In this document: positions 28,022 to 37,462 of the stretch, piece after piece
How positions within the stretch are numbered: the stretch's first letter is position 1
Layout: the number at the start of each line of letters is the position of its first letter
Source of the DNA: Candidatus Bathyarchaeota archaeon
Lineage (GTDB): Archaea; Thermoproteota; Bathyarchaeia; Bathyarchaeales; Bathycorpusculaceae
Length of the DNA: 64,000 bases
Assembly (NCBI GenBank): GCA_963702095.1
Contig: OY969706.1
Location: forward strand, 800,001-864,000
Direction: 5' to 3'
Program-made: the position numbers and the translations under genes
Notes under the pieces: model-generated
What the model was told of the DNA's origin: nothing
The model's input: the letters and a program-made list of their open reading frames with translations, nothing else
The model's database searches: none

Positions 28022-30919
28022 ATGCAAACTCCATCTGTTTCCTGCTTCAACTTACTCGCCCAACCCGTCCAAAAAGCCTTGGCTGAACTGGGTTTTGTAG
28101 AGCCTACGCTGCCCCAAACCAGAGCCCTCCAGCCGATTCTAGCTGGTGAAAACGTGCTTTTGATTGCGCCGACTGGCAGCGGCAAAACCGAAGCCGTCCT
28201 CCTCCCCATCCTCTCCAAACTGGTCGAAGAAAAAACACAGACCCTCAATCAGAATGGCATCAAAGTCATCTACATCACGCCCCTGCGAGCCCTCAACCGC
28301 GACATGCTCAAGCGACTCATGCACTGGGGCCAACGCTTAGGCATCAGCGTGGAGGTGCGGCATGGCGACACCGAACAAAAAACCCGGCGTATGCAAGCCA
28401 AAAAACCACCCCAAATCCTCGTCACCACCCCTGAAACCCTGCAGGCGATTCTCCCCGGTTCACAGATGCGGCGGCACCTCCGAAACGTCAAGTACGTGGT
28501 GGTGGATGAAGTGCACGATTTAGCCGGCAGCAAAAGGGGGGCACAGCTTTCGGTTGCACTGGAGCGGCTGCGGCTGGTTACAACGGGAGAGTTCCAAAGA
28601 ATCGGGTTATCAGCCACCGTCGGCAACCCAGAGGAAATCTCACACTACCTAGCGGGAACCAGAAGAAAAATCAGCGTCATCACGGCATCGCCGCAGAAGA
28701 GCTACCGCTACAGCGTCGAAAATCCCTCGCCCACCGAAGCGGACTATGAGTTGGCGGGGAAACTGGAGACTTCTCCTGAGGCAGCATCGCGGATTAGGCG
28801 TATCTTGGAGTTAGTGGATAGCCACCAGTCCACGCTCATCTTTGTTAACAGCCGCACCGTCGCCGAGGTTTTGGGGCATAAGCTGGCGCAGTTGGGCAGA
28901 GAAGACGTCGCCGTCCACCATGGTTCCATCAGTAAAGAGGAACGCATCGCAATCGAGGATGCCTTCAAAATGGGGCAGCTCAGAGCCATTATCTGCACCA
29001 GCACCTTGGAGTTGGGGATTGATGTGGGGCAGGTGGATTTGGTTGTGCAGTACATGTCGCCAAGGCAAGTCAACAGCCTCATCCAGAGGGTGGGCAGAAG
29101 CGGCCACAGTCTGGGCAGGGAATCCGAGGGCACCATAATCACTGTTTACCCCGACGACATGTTGGAGGCTTTGGCGTCGATTAAAAACGCAAAGGCGCAC
29201 CTTCTTGAACCCGTGGTAATGCATGTGGTAGCGCTGGATGTTTTGGCGCATCAAGTCGCGGGGGTACTCATGGATACCCAGCAGCCAGTCGCCACCGTCG
29301 ACCTATCACGGCTAATCCATCGAAGTTACCTGTATCGAAACCTCCAGAAAACCGAACTTGCGGACCTGCTACGCTTTTTAGACAGCCTCAACCAAATAAG
29401 ACTAAACCAAGACGAAACCACCTTGACCAAAACCAGAAAAACCCGCCCCTACTACTACGAAAACCTATCCATGATACCCGACGAACGCCGCTACCCCGTC
29501 GTCAACATCATCAGCGACCGCAAAATCGGCACCTTAGGCGACGAATTCATGGCTCTCCACGCAAGGGTCGGCTTAAACTTCATCATGAAAGGCAAAGTCT
29601 GGCGTATCGTGCAGATAGAGGAGGAAGCGGGCACGGTGCATGTTGTGCCTTCCGAGGATCCGATGGCGTCGGTTCCGGGTTGGGACGGAGAGATTTTGCC
29701 TGTGCCCTACGAGTTGGCGCAGCAGACAGGGCAGAACCGCACGCGAATCGCCCAAGTGCTCAAAGAAACAGGCGACCCCACGGTGGCTGCGGAAGTGCTG
29801 GCGAAGGAGTTGGGCTCCGACAAAGCCAGCATGACACAGGCAATCAGCGAAATCTATGAGCACTTACAAGTTGGGGCGCCATTGCCCACGCAGAACCACG
29901 TCGTCTTAGAGGTGTATGACCGCTATATTGTGGTACATGCGTGCTTCGGCGAACTCGTTAACAAGACGTTGGGCGGCATCTTTGACAGTGTCCTCTCCGA
30001 GCGAGAGGTCATTAGCGGCTGGTGGACAGACGGTTACCGCATCCTGATCGAGGCGCCACGGAAGCTAAACAAGTTGGAGCTCGCGGAGTTGCCGCAGACC
30101 CTATTCGGTTTAAGCGACGAAGCTGTGGATTATGCGTTTAAGAAGTATTTGGACGCCAAATTCCCCTTCGGCTACAAAATGAAGTCCGTCGCCGAACGCT
30201 TCGGCGTGTTGCCACGCGGCAAAACCATGAGTTACCAGCGTCAAGCTGAACTTAAAGCCCACTTCGACAACACCCCCATCTACCGCGAAACCATCCGCGA
30301 AGCCATGATGGAAAAAGTCGATTTAGACCGCTCCAAACAAATCATGCATGAAGTCAAAGATGGCAAAATCAAAGTCACCACTTATCAGAGCTACGAGAAA
30401 CCTACGCCGCTCGCCTACCATATCCTCTCCAAATACGGCGACGTCACAGAGTTGATGGCACCCGAAAAAGTCTTAGTCAACAACATTGACAAGCTAAAGA
30501 TGGCTATCGACGCCCGCGAAACAACACTGTTGTGCATGAAATGCGGACAGTGGACCACTCACCAGAAAATCAAGGATTTGCCAGAGGAGCCCCAATGCGG
30601 CAACTGCGGCTCTGGCTTGCTGGCGCCTTTGTACCGCAGCCAAGACGTAAATCACTTGCAGGATGCGTTGAGACGGCGGCGGGAGGGCAAAGAGTTGCCG
30701 CCTGAGGAACTAAAAGAACTCAGCCAAGCCAGACGCAAAGCCGACTTGATCTTGAGCTATGGCAAAGAAGCCGTCCGAGCCTTGCAGGTGAAGGGTGTGG
30801 GTCCCGAGACGGCATCGCGAATCTTGGGCAAGATGCATCCCCAAAAAGACGATTTCTACATGGATTTGCTTAAGGCGAAGATTCAATTCTTGCGGACAAG
30901 AGAATACTGGGACAAATAG
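28022..30919 (+). CDS. lhr: Lhr-family SF2 helicase with Cys-rich C-terminus
   Basis: APTGSGKT, TPLRAL, TTPETL, DEVH, LSAT, HHGS, LELGID, QRVGRSGH; CMKC..CGNC and HhH. Confidence 0.95.
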   Translation: MQTPSVSCFNLLAQPVQKALAELGFVEPTLPQTRALQPILAGENVLLIAPTGSGKTEAVLLPILSKLVEEKTQTLNQNGIKVIYITPLRALNRDMLKRLMHWGQRLGISVEVRHGDTEQKTRRMQAKKPPQILVTTPETLQAILPGSQMRRHLRNVKYVVVDEVHDLAGSKRGAQLSVALERLRLVTTGEFQRIGLSATVGNPEEISHYLAGTRRKISVITASPQKSYRYSVENPSPTEADYELAGKLETSPEAASRIRRILELVDSHQSTLIFVNSRTVAEVLGHKLAQLGREDVAVHHGSISKEERIAIEDAFKMGQLRAIICTSTLELGIDVGQVDLVVQYMSPRQVNSLIQRVGRSGHSLGRESEGTIITVYPDDMLEALASIKNAKAHLLEPVVMHVVALDVLAHQVAGVLMDTQQPVATVDLSRLIHRSYLYRNLQKTELADLLRFLDSLNQIRLNQDETTLTKTRKTRPYYYENLSMIPDERRYPVVNIISDRKIGTLGDEFMALHARVGLNFIMKGKVWRIVQIEEEAGTVHVVPSEDPMASVPGWDGEILPVPYELAQQTGQNRTRIAQVLKETGDPTVAAEVLAKELGSDKASMTQAISEIYEHLQVGAPLPTQNHVVLEVYDRYIVVHACFGELVNKTLGGIFDSVLSEREVISGWWTDGYRILIEAPRKLNKLELAELPQTLFGLSDEAVDYAFKKYLDAKFPFGYKMKSVAERFGVLPRGKTMSYQRQAELKAHFDNTPIYRETIREAMMEKVDLDRSKQIMHEVKDGKIKVTTYQSYEKPTPLAYHILSKYGDVTELMAPEKVLVNNIDKLKMAIDARETTLLCMKCGQWTTHQKIKDLPEEPQCGNCGSGLLAPLYRSQDVNHLQDALRRRREGKELPPEELKELSQARRKADLILSYGKEAVRALQVKGVGPETASRILGKMHPQKDDFYMDLLKAKIQFLRTREYWDK

Positions 30920-30946
30920 ATGGTTAAATGTGGCTTCTGCGATGAC

Positions 30947-31369
30947 TTAACCAAGTGGAACACGGGTTACTTCTTTTACCTTATCAAAATCTTTGTCGTC
31001 ACTGATAATGGTCTTCAATCTACGGTTAATCGCTGAAGCAATATGGATTGAGTCTCGTGGTTTTAAGTTGTAATTGTTCATCAATCCTTGCGCTTGACTG
31101 AGAATATTTTCATCGACCTCTATGAACTGCAAATTAATGAATCCGAGCAGCTTTTGCCCTTGATTTAGCGCCTCGTCCTTACCCATAAATTTTCTTACCG
31201 CCCAGACAATCTCATCCCATGTTAAAGTTGAGGTGAAAGCTAACAACTCGCCTTTCGCTATACTTATTAGAATTTCGTTAGCCTTCTTTACCCGTGGGTT
31301 TATCTCTTGGGAGTACAATATTGGGTAAACAAAAACATTAGAGTCAACGTATGCCAACTCTTTCCTCAA
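30947..31369 (-). CDS. vapC: VapC PIN-domain toxin
   Basis: YVDSNVF, TWDE, RDSIH.ASA, SDDKDFD. Confidence 0.9.
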   Translation of the reverse strand: MRKELAYVDSNVFVYPILYSQEINPRVKKANEILISIAKGELLAFTSTLTWDEIVWAVRKFMGKDEALNQGQKLLGFINLQFIEVDENILSQAQGLMNNYNLKPRDSIHIASAINRRLKTIISDDKDFDKVKEVTRVPLG

Positions 31370-31607
31370 CTTCCTCTTCTAATAGCTCCTTAATGTTAAC
31401 CCATTTTTTTAGTTTCGGAGCAGCAGTAGTCACAAAATATTCAGCGTAGCTGCCGCTAACTTCAGGTTTTTTTATAACTATTTCCTTCTCTCGCAATTCA
31501 AGGACTACCTCCACTCCAGGTTTTAATCCTAGAGCGTCCCGCATTGGTTTTGGAATTACTACTTGTCCCTTAGGTCCAACATTTCTTGTAGGCATTCTCT
31601 TGACCAA
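31344..31607 (-). CDS. AbrB/MazE/SpoVT-family antitoxin
   Basis: KGQVVIPK..R..LGLKPG; overlaps the PIN gene. Confidence 0.9.
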   Translation of the reverse strand: MVKRMPTRNVGPKGQVVIPKPMRDALGLKPGVEVVLELREKEIVIKKPEVSGSYAEYFVTTAAPKLKKWVNIKELLEEEVEERVGIR

Positions 31608-31779
31608 ATAGCCAATGGTTCAACCGAATATTTATACTTTCCAACAAATCGGTATAACTTTTCGAACCGACTATGACCCCCAAAAAACGACATTCGAGTG
31701 AATGCGGAAAGCTAATTGGGTAGCAAAGAGTTTTAGCTAAGAACACCAATTCTTCCTCAACAAATCACCGTAGGTTTAG

Positions 31780-32505
31780 TTGATGCCTCTAAAAGCTGTT
31801 CTCTTCGACATGTTCGATACTTTGATGCTTATTGAGAAAGACCATGAATTCTATGCGCCGTCTCTGCAGCGGATGTATCGGTATCTAAAGGGGCAAGGCG
31901 TCGATGTGCCGTTTGAAAAGTTCGAGGAAACCTACATTCGCGAACGGGACCGATTATACGCCGAAGCAGACCTAAACTTGGAGGAACCCCACTTCAACGT
32001 CCGCGTCTCTGAAACACTCAAAAGCTTAGGCTACAATTACCCCACAACAGACCCCATCGTGGCGGCTGCGACCGACGAGTTCTGCGAAGAATTCATGAAA
32101 TATGTCCGCATCGACTCCGACGCAGAAGAAGCACTCAAGGGGCTGTATGGAAAATATAAGCTGGGTGTTGTCTCAAACTTTGCCATCCCTGAATGTGTGC
32201 TTAAACTGCTCAAATCAGGGGGCATTGACCGATTTTTTGACTTGGTGGTGGTTTCCGGTGCCATCAACAAACGCAAGCCCGCAGCAGAAATCTTTGAAAG
32301 AGCCCTCGCTATGCTTGGGGTTTCAGCGGCTGAGACAGTTTTTGTCGGCGACACTTTGGACGCTGATATTGAGGGGGCAAAAGCGGTTGGAATACACGCC
32401 GTCTACATTGAGCGTCGGCTTCAACACTCAGTAAAAGTTTGTCCCGATCAAACAATTAAAAGCCTAAAAGAATTGCCCTCTGCACTACAACGCTGTAATC
32501 TTTAG
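31780..32505 (+). CDS. HAD-superfamily hydrolase
   Basis: FDMFDTL, VSN, KP...IF, VGD...DI.GA. Confidence 0.9.
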   Translation: MMPLKAVLFDMFDTLMLIEKDHEFYAPSLQRMYRYLKGQGVDVPFEKFEETYIRERDRLYAEADLNLEEPHFNVRVSETLKSLGYNYPTTDPIVAAATDEFCEEFMKYVRIDSDAEEALKGLYGKYKLGVVSNFAIPECVLKLLKSGGIDRFFDLVVVSGAINKRKPAAEIFERALAMLGVSAAETVFVGDTLDADIEGAKAVGIHAVYIERRLQHSVKVCPDQTIKSLKELPSALQRCNL

Positions 32506-32930
32506 GTTAACTGTGGGTTTTTTCGTATGGGGTCGTTTGCGTCCAGCATCTTGGTTAATTCATTATGGCGTTTGAGGAAACCTAATCCTTTGCTTGTTAT
32601 TACGTATCCTTCTTTGCCATCCACGTACGATTGGATGATTAACCCGTTATCAAGTAGAAAAGCAAGGTAATCGTTTAGTTGTGTGAAACTCAGGTTTGCT
32701 TTATACATTATTTTGGTTTTAAGGCTGCCTTTACGCGCAATGTCAAGCATGTTAGCCACTATGCTTAGCTGGTCACGTCTTCTCTGTTTTGCTTCAAGCA
32801 AAGCGTTGAACACCAATACCTGTCTCTCTTCGTTTGTATGTTGCTTATAACGCTTTGTTATAGGCACAAGCCTACCACAAGTAACAACAAAGAAGAGTAA
32901 ACATACAAGAATATGGAAACCATACGCCAA
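32502..32930 (-). CDS. Winged-helix transcription regulator (true start probably downstream, ~32812)
   Basis: RRDQL.I...L, KT.IMYKANLS, Y.IT.KG. Confidence 0.8.
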   Translation of the reverse strand: MAYGFHILVCLLFFVVTCGRLVPITKRYKQHTNEERQVLVFNALLEAKQRRRDQLSIVANMLDIARKGSLKTKIMYKANLSFTQLNDYLAFLLDNGLIIQSYVDGKEGYVITSKGLGFLKRHNELTKMLDANDPIRKNPQLT

Positions 32931-33485
32931 CCAAAACTAAAGAAAACCTTTACTGCAACCGCGAGACACATCAACTGGGAAAAAACCATGCTTATAGGCG
33001 CAATTTCAGACTCACATGACAACCTCCCTCTTATAGAAAAAGCCGTAAAAATCCTCAACGAACAAAAAGTAGAGTTAGTTTTGCATGCAGGCGACTACGT
33101 GGCAGGCTTTACGCTGGCTAAACTAAAAAAACTCAACTGCCCTCTCATCGGCGTCTTTGGCAACAACGACGGCGACCATGAACTGCTCAAAAAACGCTTC
33201 AGCGAAACAGAAAACTGCACCATCCACGACCGCTTTGCAGCCATAACCGTGGAAGGCTACAAAATCGCATTGTTGCATGGCGATGAGTTGGAACTGCTCT
33301 GCGCCATCATAGACAGCGGCTACTTCAACGCAGTCATCCACGGCCACAGCCACAACCGCAGCATCGAACAAAAAGGCAAAACTCTATCAGTGAACCCCGG
33401 CGAACTCTGCGGTTACCTCACAGGCAAACCCAGCATCGCCCTACTGGACACAGCCAAAAACGAAGCAACATTCGTTGATTTGTAG
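32913..33485 (+). CDS. YfcE/MJ0936-family metallophosphoesterase (start probably 32988)
   Basis: SDSHDN, HAGD, GNND, HG, GHSH, NPG. Confidence 0.92.
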   Translation: METIRQPKLKKTFTATARHINWEKTMLIGAISDSHDNLPLIEKAVKILNEQKVELVLHAGDYVAGFTLAKLKKLNCPLIGVFGNNDGDHELLKKRFSETENCTIHDRFAAITVEGYKIALLHGDELELLCAIIDSGYFNAVIHGHSHNRSIEQKGKTLSVNPGELCGYLTGKPSIALLDTAKNEATFVDL

Positions 33486-33568
33486 ACGCCTATCACCAAT
33501 CACATAACTTTATTCTCTGCAGTTGGGCGCTAGAGCAGTGATTACTCTGCGTTGGAGGTGAACTGGTT

Positions 33569-33688
33569 TTGAGTAAAAATCGTGCAAACAAAAAGGACCT
33601 CACCGTTGAAGAAGCAGGCAAAATGGGCGGACAGAAAGTCAAGAAACTAGTTGCGGAAGGCAAAGAACACGAAGAAGAAAACTGGTAA
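33569..33688 (+). CDS. 39-aa KGG-like/stress microprotein (not in the ORF track)
   Basis: GGAGGTG RBS at 33554-33560, TTG start; MSKNRANKKDLTVEEAGKMGGQKVKKLVAEGKEHEEENW. Confidence 0.75.
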   Translation: MSKNRANKKDLTVEEAGKMGGQKVKKLVAEGKEHEEENW

Positions 33689-33916
33689 ACGCAGCCTTTG
33701 CGAAGGAAAAAAAATAAAAGGGCAAGTTTTTTGGGACTTGCTAATTTTCCTGTTTAGCTTTCAGATCAGCGTTTTCTTTTTTCAGCGTAAAAAGGTATTC
33801 AAAAAAGAGCTTTTAACTTATAGCAAACTGTGAGATCACAAGAAGTTAATGTTTCAACCAAAAGAGTAAGCGATTTACCGTAAGCCTTTTATCAAAATCG
33901 TGCTCCAATTTTAATT

Positions 33917-34639
33917 ATGGTAAAGTTGGGAAATTTAGCCGCATTTTTTGTTATTACCTTAACCATCTTAAGCATAGTTCTAGTGAACCCTGGGTGCGCA
34001 CAGGTAGGCGTAACCAACCCATCAACACCCAGCTTCGGGGTCAACTATGAAATAGTTCCCATTGATATTCCCCCTGTTTATGGCGTGGACCAATCAACTG
34101 GAAAAGCGGTGGTTACTAAGGCAGGCTACACTGCATACGACGAAACGGTCTTTATTACAATCCTTAATCAACCTTTTGTTCCTTATAAAGACTCAGACGA
34201 CAACAATATACAATTGTTCTATAGCATGAGATGGAAGGCGCCAAGAAATAATTCTTGGGTAGAACCGGTGAATACAACTCAATCAAATGAAGAGCGAACC
34301 ATTTGCACTTTTGATTTTATGGGAAATTACCACAAGGAGTTAGAAGGATTGGATATTCCACTTGGCAGCGAAACTGATTTTCAAGTTGAAGCATCCATAG
34401 GATATTACACAACTGATAATGTTTTCGTAGGTAAATCAAGCGGCTGGACTAATCCACAGGCAATACAGCATGCGGCCAATTACTCTGCGTCGCCATCTGG
34501 CTCGTCTGCAATTCCAAATTCATCTGTGTTGTTTGGTCTTGATTGGGTAGGTGTCGTTGTTATTGCGTTGTTGGCTGTGGTGGTGGCGTTGTTGTTGGTT
34601 GTTGTGGTTGTGTACCTGCGTAGAAAAAGCGTTTGGTAA
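33917..34639 (+). CDS. Secreted hypothetical protein with C-terminal TM anchor
   Basis: Signal peptide, I.NQPF, DFQVEA.IG, SGW; Val-rich TM + RRK. Confidence 0.75.
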   Translation: MVKLGNLAAFFVITLTILSIVLVNPGCAQVGVTNPSTPSFGVNYEIVPIDIPPVYGVDQSTGKAVVTKAGYTAYDETVFITILNQPFVPYKDSDDNNIQLFYSMRWKAPRNNSWVEPVNTTQSNEERTICTFDFMGNYHKELEGLDIPLGSETDFQVEASIGYYTTDNVFVGKSSGWTNPQAIQHAANYSASPSGSSAIPNSSVLFGLDWVGVVVIALLAVVVALLLVVVVVYLRRKSVW

Positions 34640-34674
34640 CCAGCTAGGAATTAGCGGCATTCCAAGCTCAGCGG

Positions 34675-34863
34675 CTATTTTTCCGATTTATTTCCGCTTC
34701 CCTTATGCAGTGCCTCTGACATCAAACTCAACTCTTTAACGTAATCCATAAGTGTCATCTGCATTGTTTCGCTTTCGCTTGTGCCCAGCCGTGTCGATAG
34801 CACTGTTAGTATTTCCTTTTGCTCTTTGCTGAGCACCACTTTTACTATAAGCTTTCTAGCCAA
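34675..34863 (-). CDS. Small ribbon-helix-helix-like DNA-binding protein
   Basis: MARKLIVKVVLSKEQKEIL..L..RLG.SESE pattern (beta strand then helix-G-S-helix). Confidence 0.6.
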   Translation of the reverse strand: MARKLIVKVVLSKEQKEILTVLSTRLGTSESETMQMTLMDYVKELSLMSEALHKGSGNKSEK

Positions 34864-35089
34864 ACCTTCACGCTTCCCCCTTTTTCTTTCTAGCCGACCC
34901 CATCGCCCCCATCTCAGGCGACCCATAGGTGAACTGTACATTCTGCTTCTTCGGTTTGGATACTTATTAACGTAGTATTAGGGGTATGAAACGTAGTAGA
35001 AGTACTATGAGCGCACCATCTAAGCGAAACTCCGCCTGTGTGGTTGTGTTTTTGTGTAGGAGAAGCAGGGCGGCGGCGTTTTAGCGTGC

Positions 35090-35235
35090 TTGTTTCTGCT
35101 TGTTGCTTGCGCCACAACCAGCCAGCAACCCAAAGCAGACGCAGACACAAAAAAGCAGCCGCCGATACAGTCCGTTGGTAGTTGTTGTGTATAGGCGGTT
35201 TTCACCAACAACAACTAAAGAAAACACTGAAAAAC
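35090..35235 (-). repeat. Dispersed repeat family B, copy 3
   Basis: CCACAACCAGCCAGCAAC...GTTGTTGTGTATAGGCGGTTTTCACCAACAACAACTA. Confidence 0.85.
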
Positions 35236-35266
35236 AACAGCACACACCTAAGTCCCGTTTTCAAAG

Positions 35267-35530
35267 TCACGGTTTCTCGTAGGCTTCAATTAAGGCGGCT
35301 GCGGCTTTGGCTTTATCTGAAGCTTCGTTGAAACGGTACATGTGCACCCGCCCATACACATACTCCACGATGAGACCGTCTGACATGAGAATTTTGAGGT
35401 GCTCAACAGTCGAGGAGTAGTTCATGTTTATCCTTCGCGCTATTTCTGAGGCGTTTAACGAACGCAAATTATAGATTAATTTCAGGATTTTCATGCGGGG
35501 CTTAGACGAGAAAACCTCTTCAAACTCCAC
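35267..35530 (-). CDS. ArsR-like winged-helix protein coupled to cdc6
   Basis: R.KILK, SEIARR...NYS....HL..L...GL; overlaps the cdc6 stop. Confidence 0.85.
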   Translation of the reverse strand: MEFEEVFSSKPRMKILKLIYNLRSLNASEIARRINMNYSSTVEHLKILMSDGLIVEYVYGRVHMYRFNEASDKAKAAAALIEAYEKP

Positions 35531-36717
35531 TAAACCCCCCTCCCTTCCACGGCTAAACTGCCACGCAACTGCTTCTCCAACTCCACCGCAGGAATCGTTG
35601 GCAGCGAAATCTGGGTGGTTCTACCCCGAATCGATGCCTGAGCAACCTGCGTTTTTAAAATCCCCAGTTGGGCGAAGCGTTGAGTGTAACTGTAGATTTG
35701 GGTATGGCTGTTTGGGGTTTCGCCATATTCTTCGCAGATGACCTGATAGGTTTGCTCTATCTCTGTGAGTGAGGTGTAGGCTTCTTTGTTTTCGATGAAC
35801 GTGCGTGCGACGGCAAGCAAAAAGAGGCGTTCATGCAACCCCAAAGATTCCAGTTCACTGCGCCGCAAACTCGGCACAATACTCGAAACTGCTTGGCGCA
35901 CATACTCTGGCTCCAACCTCTCTGCGTCCTGTGCATCAGCGTACTTGCCGGCGCGCCACAACAATTCAATGCCGAACCGTGCGTTCCCCGTCTCGGAATG
36001 CGCCAACTCCGCAACCAAATCCACCACATCCCCGCCTACCACGCCGGATTCAAATGCCAAGTCCACGCGGTCGCCTAAGATGTCGATGAGTTCTGCTTTG
36101 CCGTAGCGTTCCAGTCGAATGATGCTGCGTTGCAGGGTGCTTTTTGCGCTTTCATCGAGTTGTGTGGTGGCGTCGAGGTTGCGCATTATGAAAATGAAGG
36201 ATAGCCGCTGCGGTTTGTCATGCCGCATTTCTTGGAAGCGGGTAAGTTTGTACACGGCGTCGCTGCCTTCTTTTTCTATTAGGCTGTCAAATTCGTCCAG
36301 CGCAAGTATCATGGTGGCGTCTTCTTCGTCAAGCACTTGCATCAAGGCAGAGAGGATTTCTTCTGCACCGTAGCCGCGGCTGGGATAGTTGGGTTGAAAA
36401 GCAATGATGGCTTGGTACAGAATCGGCTGGAGGCTACCCCGGTATTCGCGACAGTTAACGTGGACATAGCGGAATTTTATGCCTCGGCGGTTCGCCTGTG
36501 AAGTGAGGTTTGCGCCGAAGTTCTGTGCCAACACGGTTTTACCCGTGCCCACATCGCCAGTTAAGATTACTCGTTGCGCCATTTTGCCGGGGCATTGGAG
36601 GATAAAATTGAAGAATTCGCCCAGTATCCGTTGCTGGGTTTCTCGGTGGCGGAGCTGCGGGGGGATGTAGTTTATGTCCAGTTTGGATTCATCTTTGAAG
36701 ATGCTTTGTCGCGGCAC
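35530..36717 (-). CDS. cdc6: Orc1/Cdc6 replication initiator
   Basis: Y.P..L.HRE, GDVGTGKT, VNC, LDEFD, GNAR, C-terminal wHTH. Confidence 0.95.
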   Translation of the reverse strand: MPRQSIFKDESKLDINYIPPQLRHRETQQRILGEFFNFILQCPGKMAQRVILTGDVGTGKTVLAQNFGANLTSQANRRGIKFRYVHVNCREYRGSLQPILYQAIIAFQPNYPSRGYGAEEILSALMQVLDEEDATMILALDEFDSLIEKEGSDAVYKLTRFQEMRHDKPQRLSFIFIMRNLDATTQLDESAKSTLQRSIIRLERYGKAELIDILGDRVDLAFESGVVGGDVVDLVAELAHSETGNARFGIELLWRAGKYADAQDAERLEPEYVRQAVSSIVPSLRRSELESLGLHERLFLLAVARTFIENKEAYTSLTEIEQTYQVICEEYGETPNSHTQIYSYTQRFAQLGILKTQVAQASIRGRTTQISLPTIPAVELEKQLRGSLAVEGRGV

Positions 36718-36816
36718 ATCTGTTTCCTCAGGAGTTAACGTGGAGTAAAGGTAATACTACAAATTCAAACAAAACACTAATAAATGCATTCTGCAATCCA
36801 TATTTTCCGACAAACA

Positions 36817-37398
36817 ATGATTCCGAAATATTTCTTTCTCACAAAAGGCGTGGGCAAACATAAAGAACAACTCCAATCCTTCGAATTAGCCCTCCGAGAT
36901 GCAGGCATCCAAATGTGCAACCTTGTCAGCGTCTCCAGCATCGTCCCACCAGGCTGCGAACTTATCACCCGAGAAAAGGGACTCAAAATGATTTCCCCCG
37001 GAGAAATCACCTTTGTCGTCATCGCCCGCAACGCAACCAACGAACCCCACCGCCTCGTCGCCTCATCAGTCGGCGTCGCCATCCCCAGCGGCAAAAACCA
37101 GTACGGCTACCTTAGCGAACACCACAGTTTCGGACAAACAGACGAAACCGCAGGCGACTACGCAGAAGACCTCGCCGCAACCATGCTTGCAACCACCATG
37201 GGTATACAGTTTGACCCAGAAACCGCCTGGGACGAACGCAAAAAAATCTTCAAAACAACCGGTCTCATCATCAAAACCGCCAACACCACCCAAAGCGCAG
37301 CAGGCGACAAAAACGGACTCTGGACCACCACTGTGGCAGCAGCAGTCTTGGTGCCAGCGGAAAACGGCGAACTAGTGAAAGAAAAGAAAAGCAAGTAA
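36817..37398 (+). CDS. pdaD: Pyruvoyl-dependent arginine decarboxylase
   Basis: SFE.ALRDAGI...NLV.VSSI.PP, GYLSEHH, AEDLAA.MLA. Confidence 0.92.
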   Translation: MIPKYFFLTKGVGKHKEQLQSFELALRDAGIQMCNLVSVSSIVPPGCELITREKGLKMISPGEITFVVIARNATNEPHRLVASSVGVAIPSGKNQYGYLSEHHSFGQTDETAGDYAEDLAATMLATTMGIQFDPETAWDERKKIFKTTGLIIKTANTTQSAAGDKNGLWTTTVAAAVLVPAENGELVKEKKSK

Positions 37399-37462
37399 GT
37401 TACTTGCCTGATTTTTCGCGTAAGTTTCGTCTTTTCTTTTTTCAGTTTTTCTCTGCAACTAT

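Noticed and set aside
34941-36816. Replication origin next to cdc6
   Set aside because: No convincing repeated ORB (TTCCAGTGGAA plus G-string) in either flank; the upstream gap is only ~100 nt.
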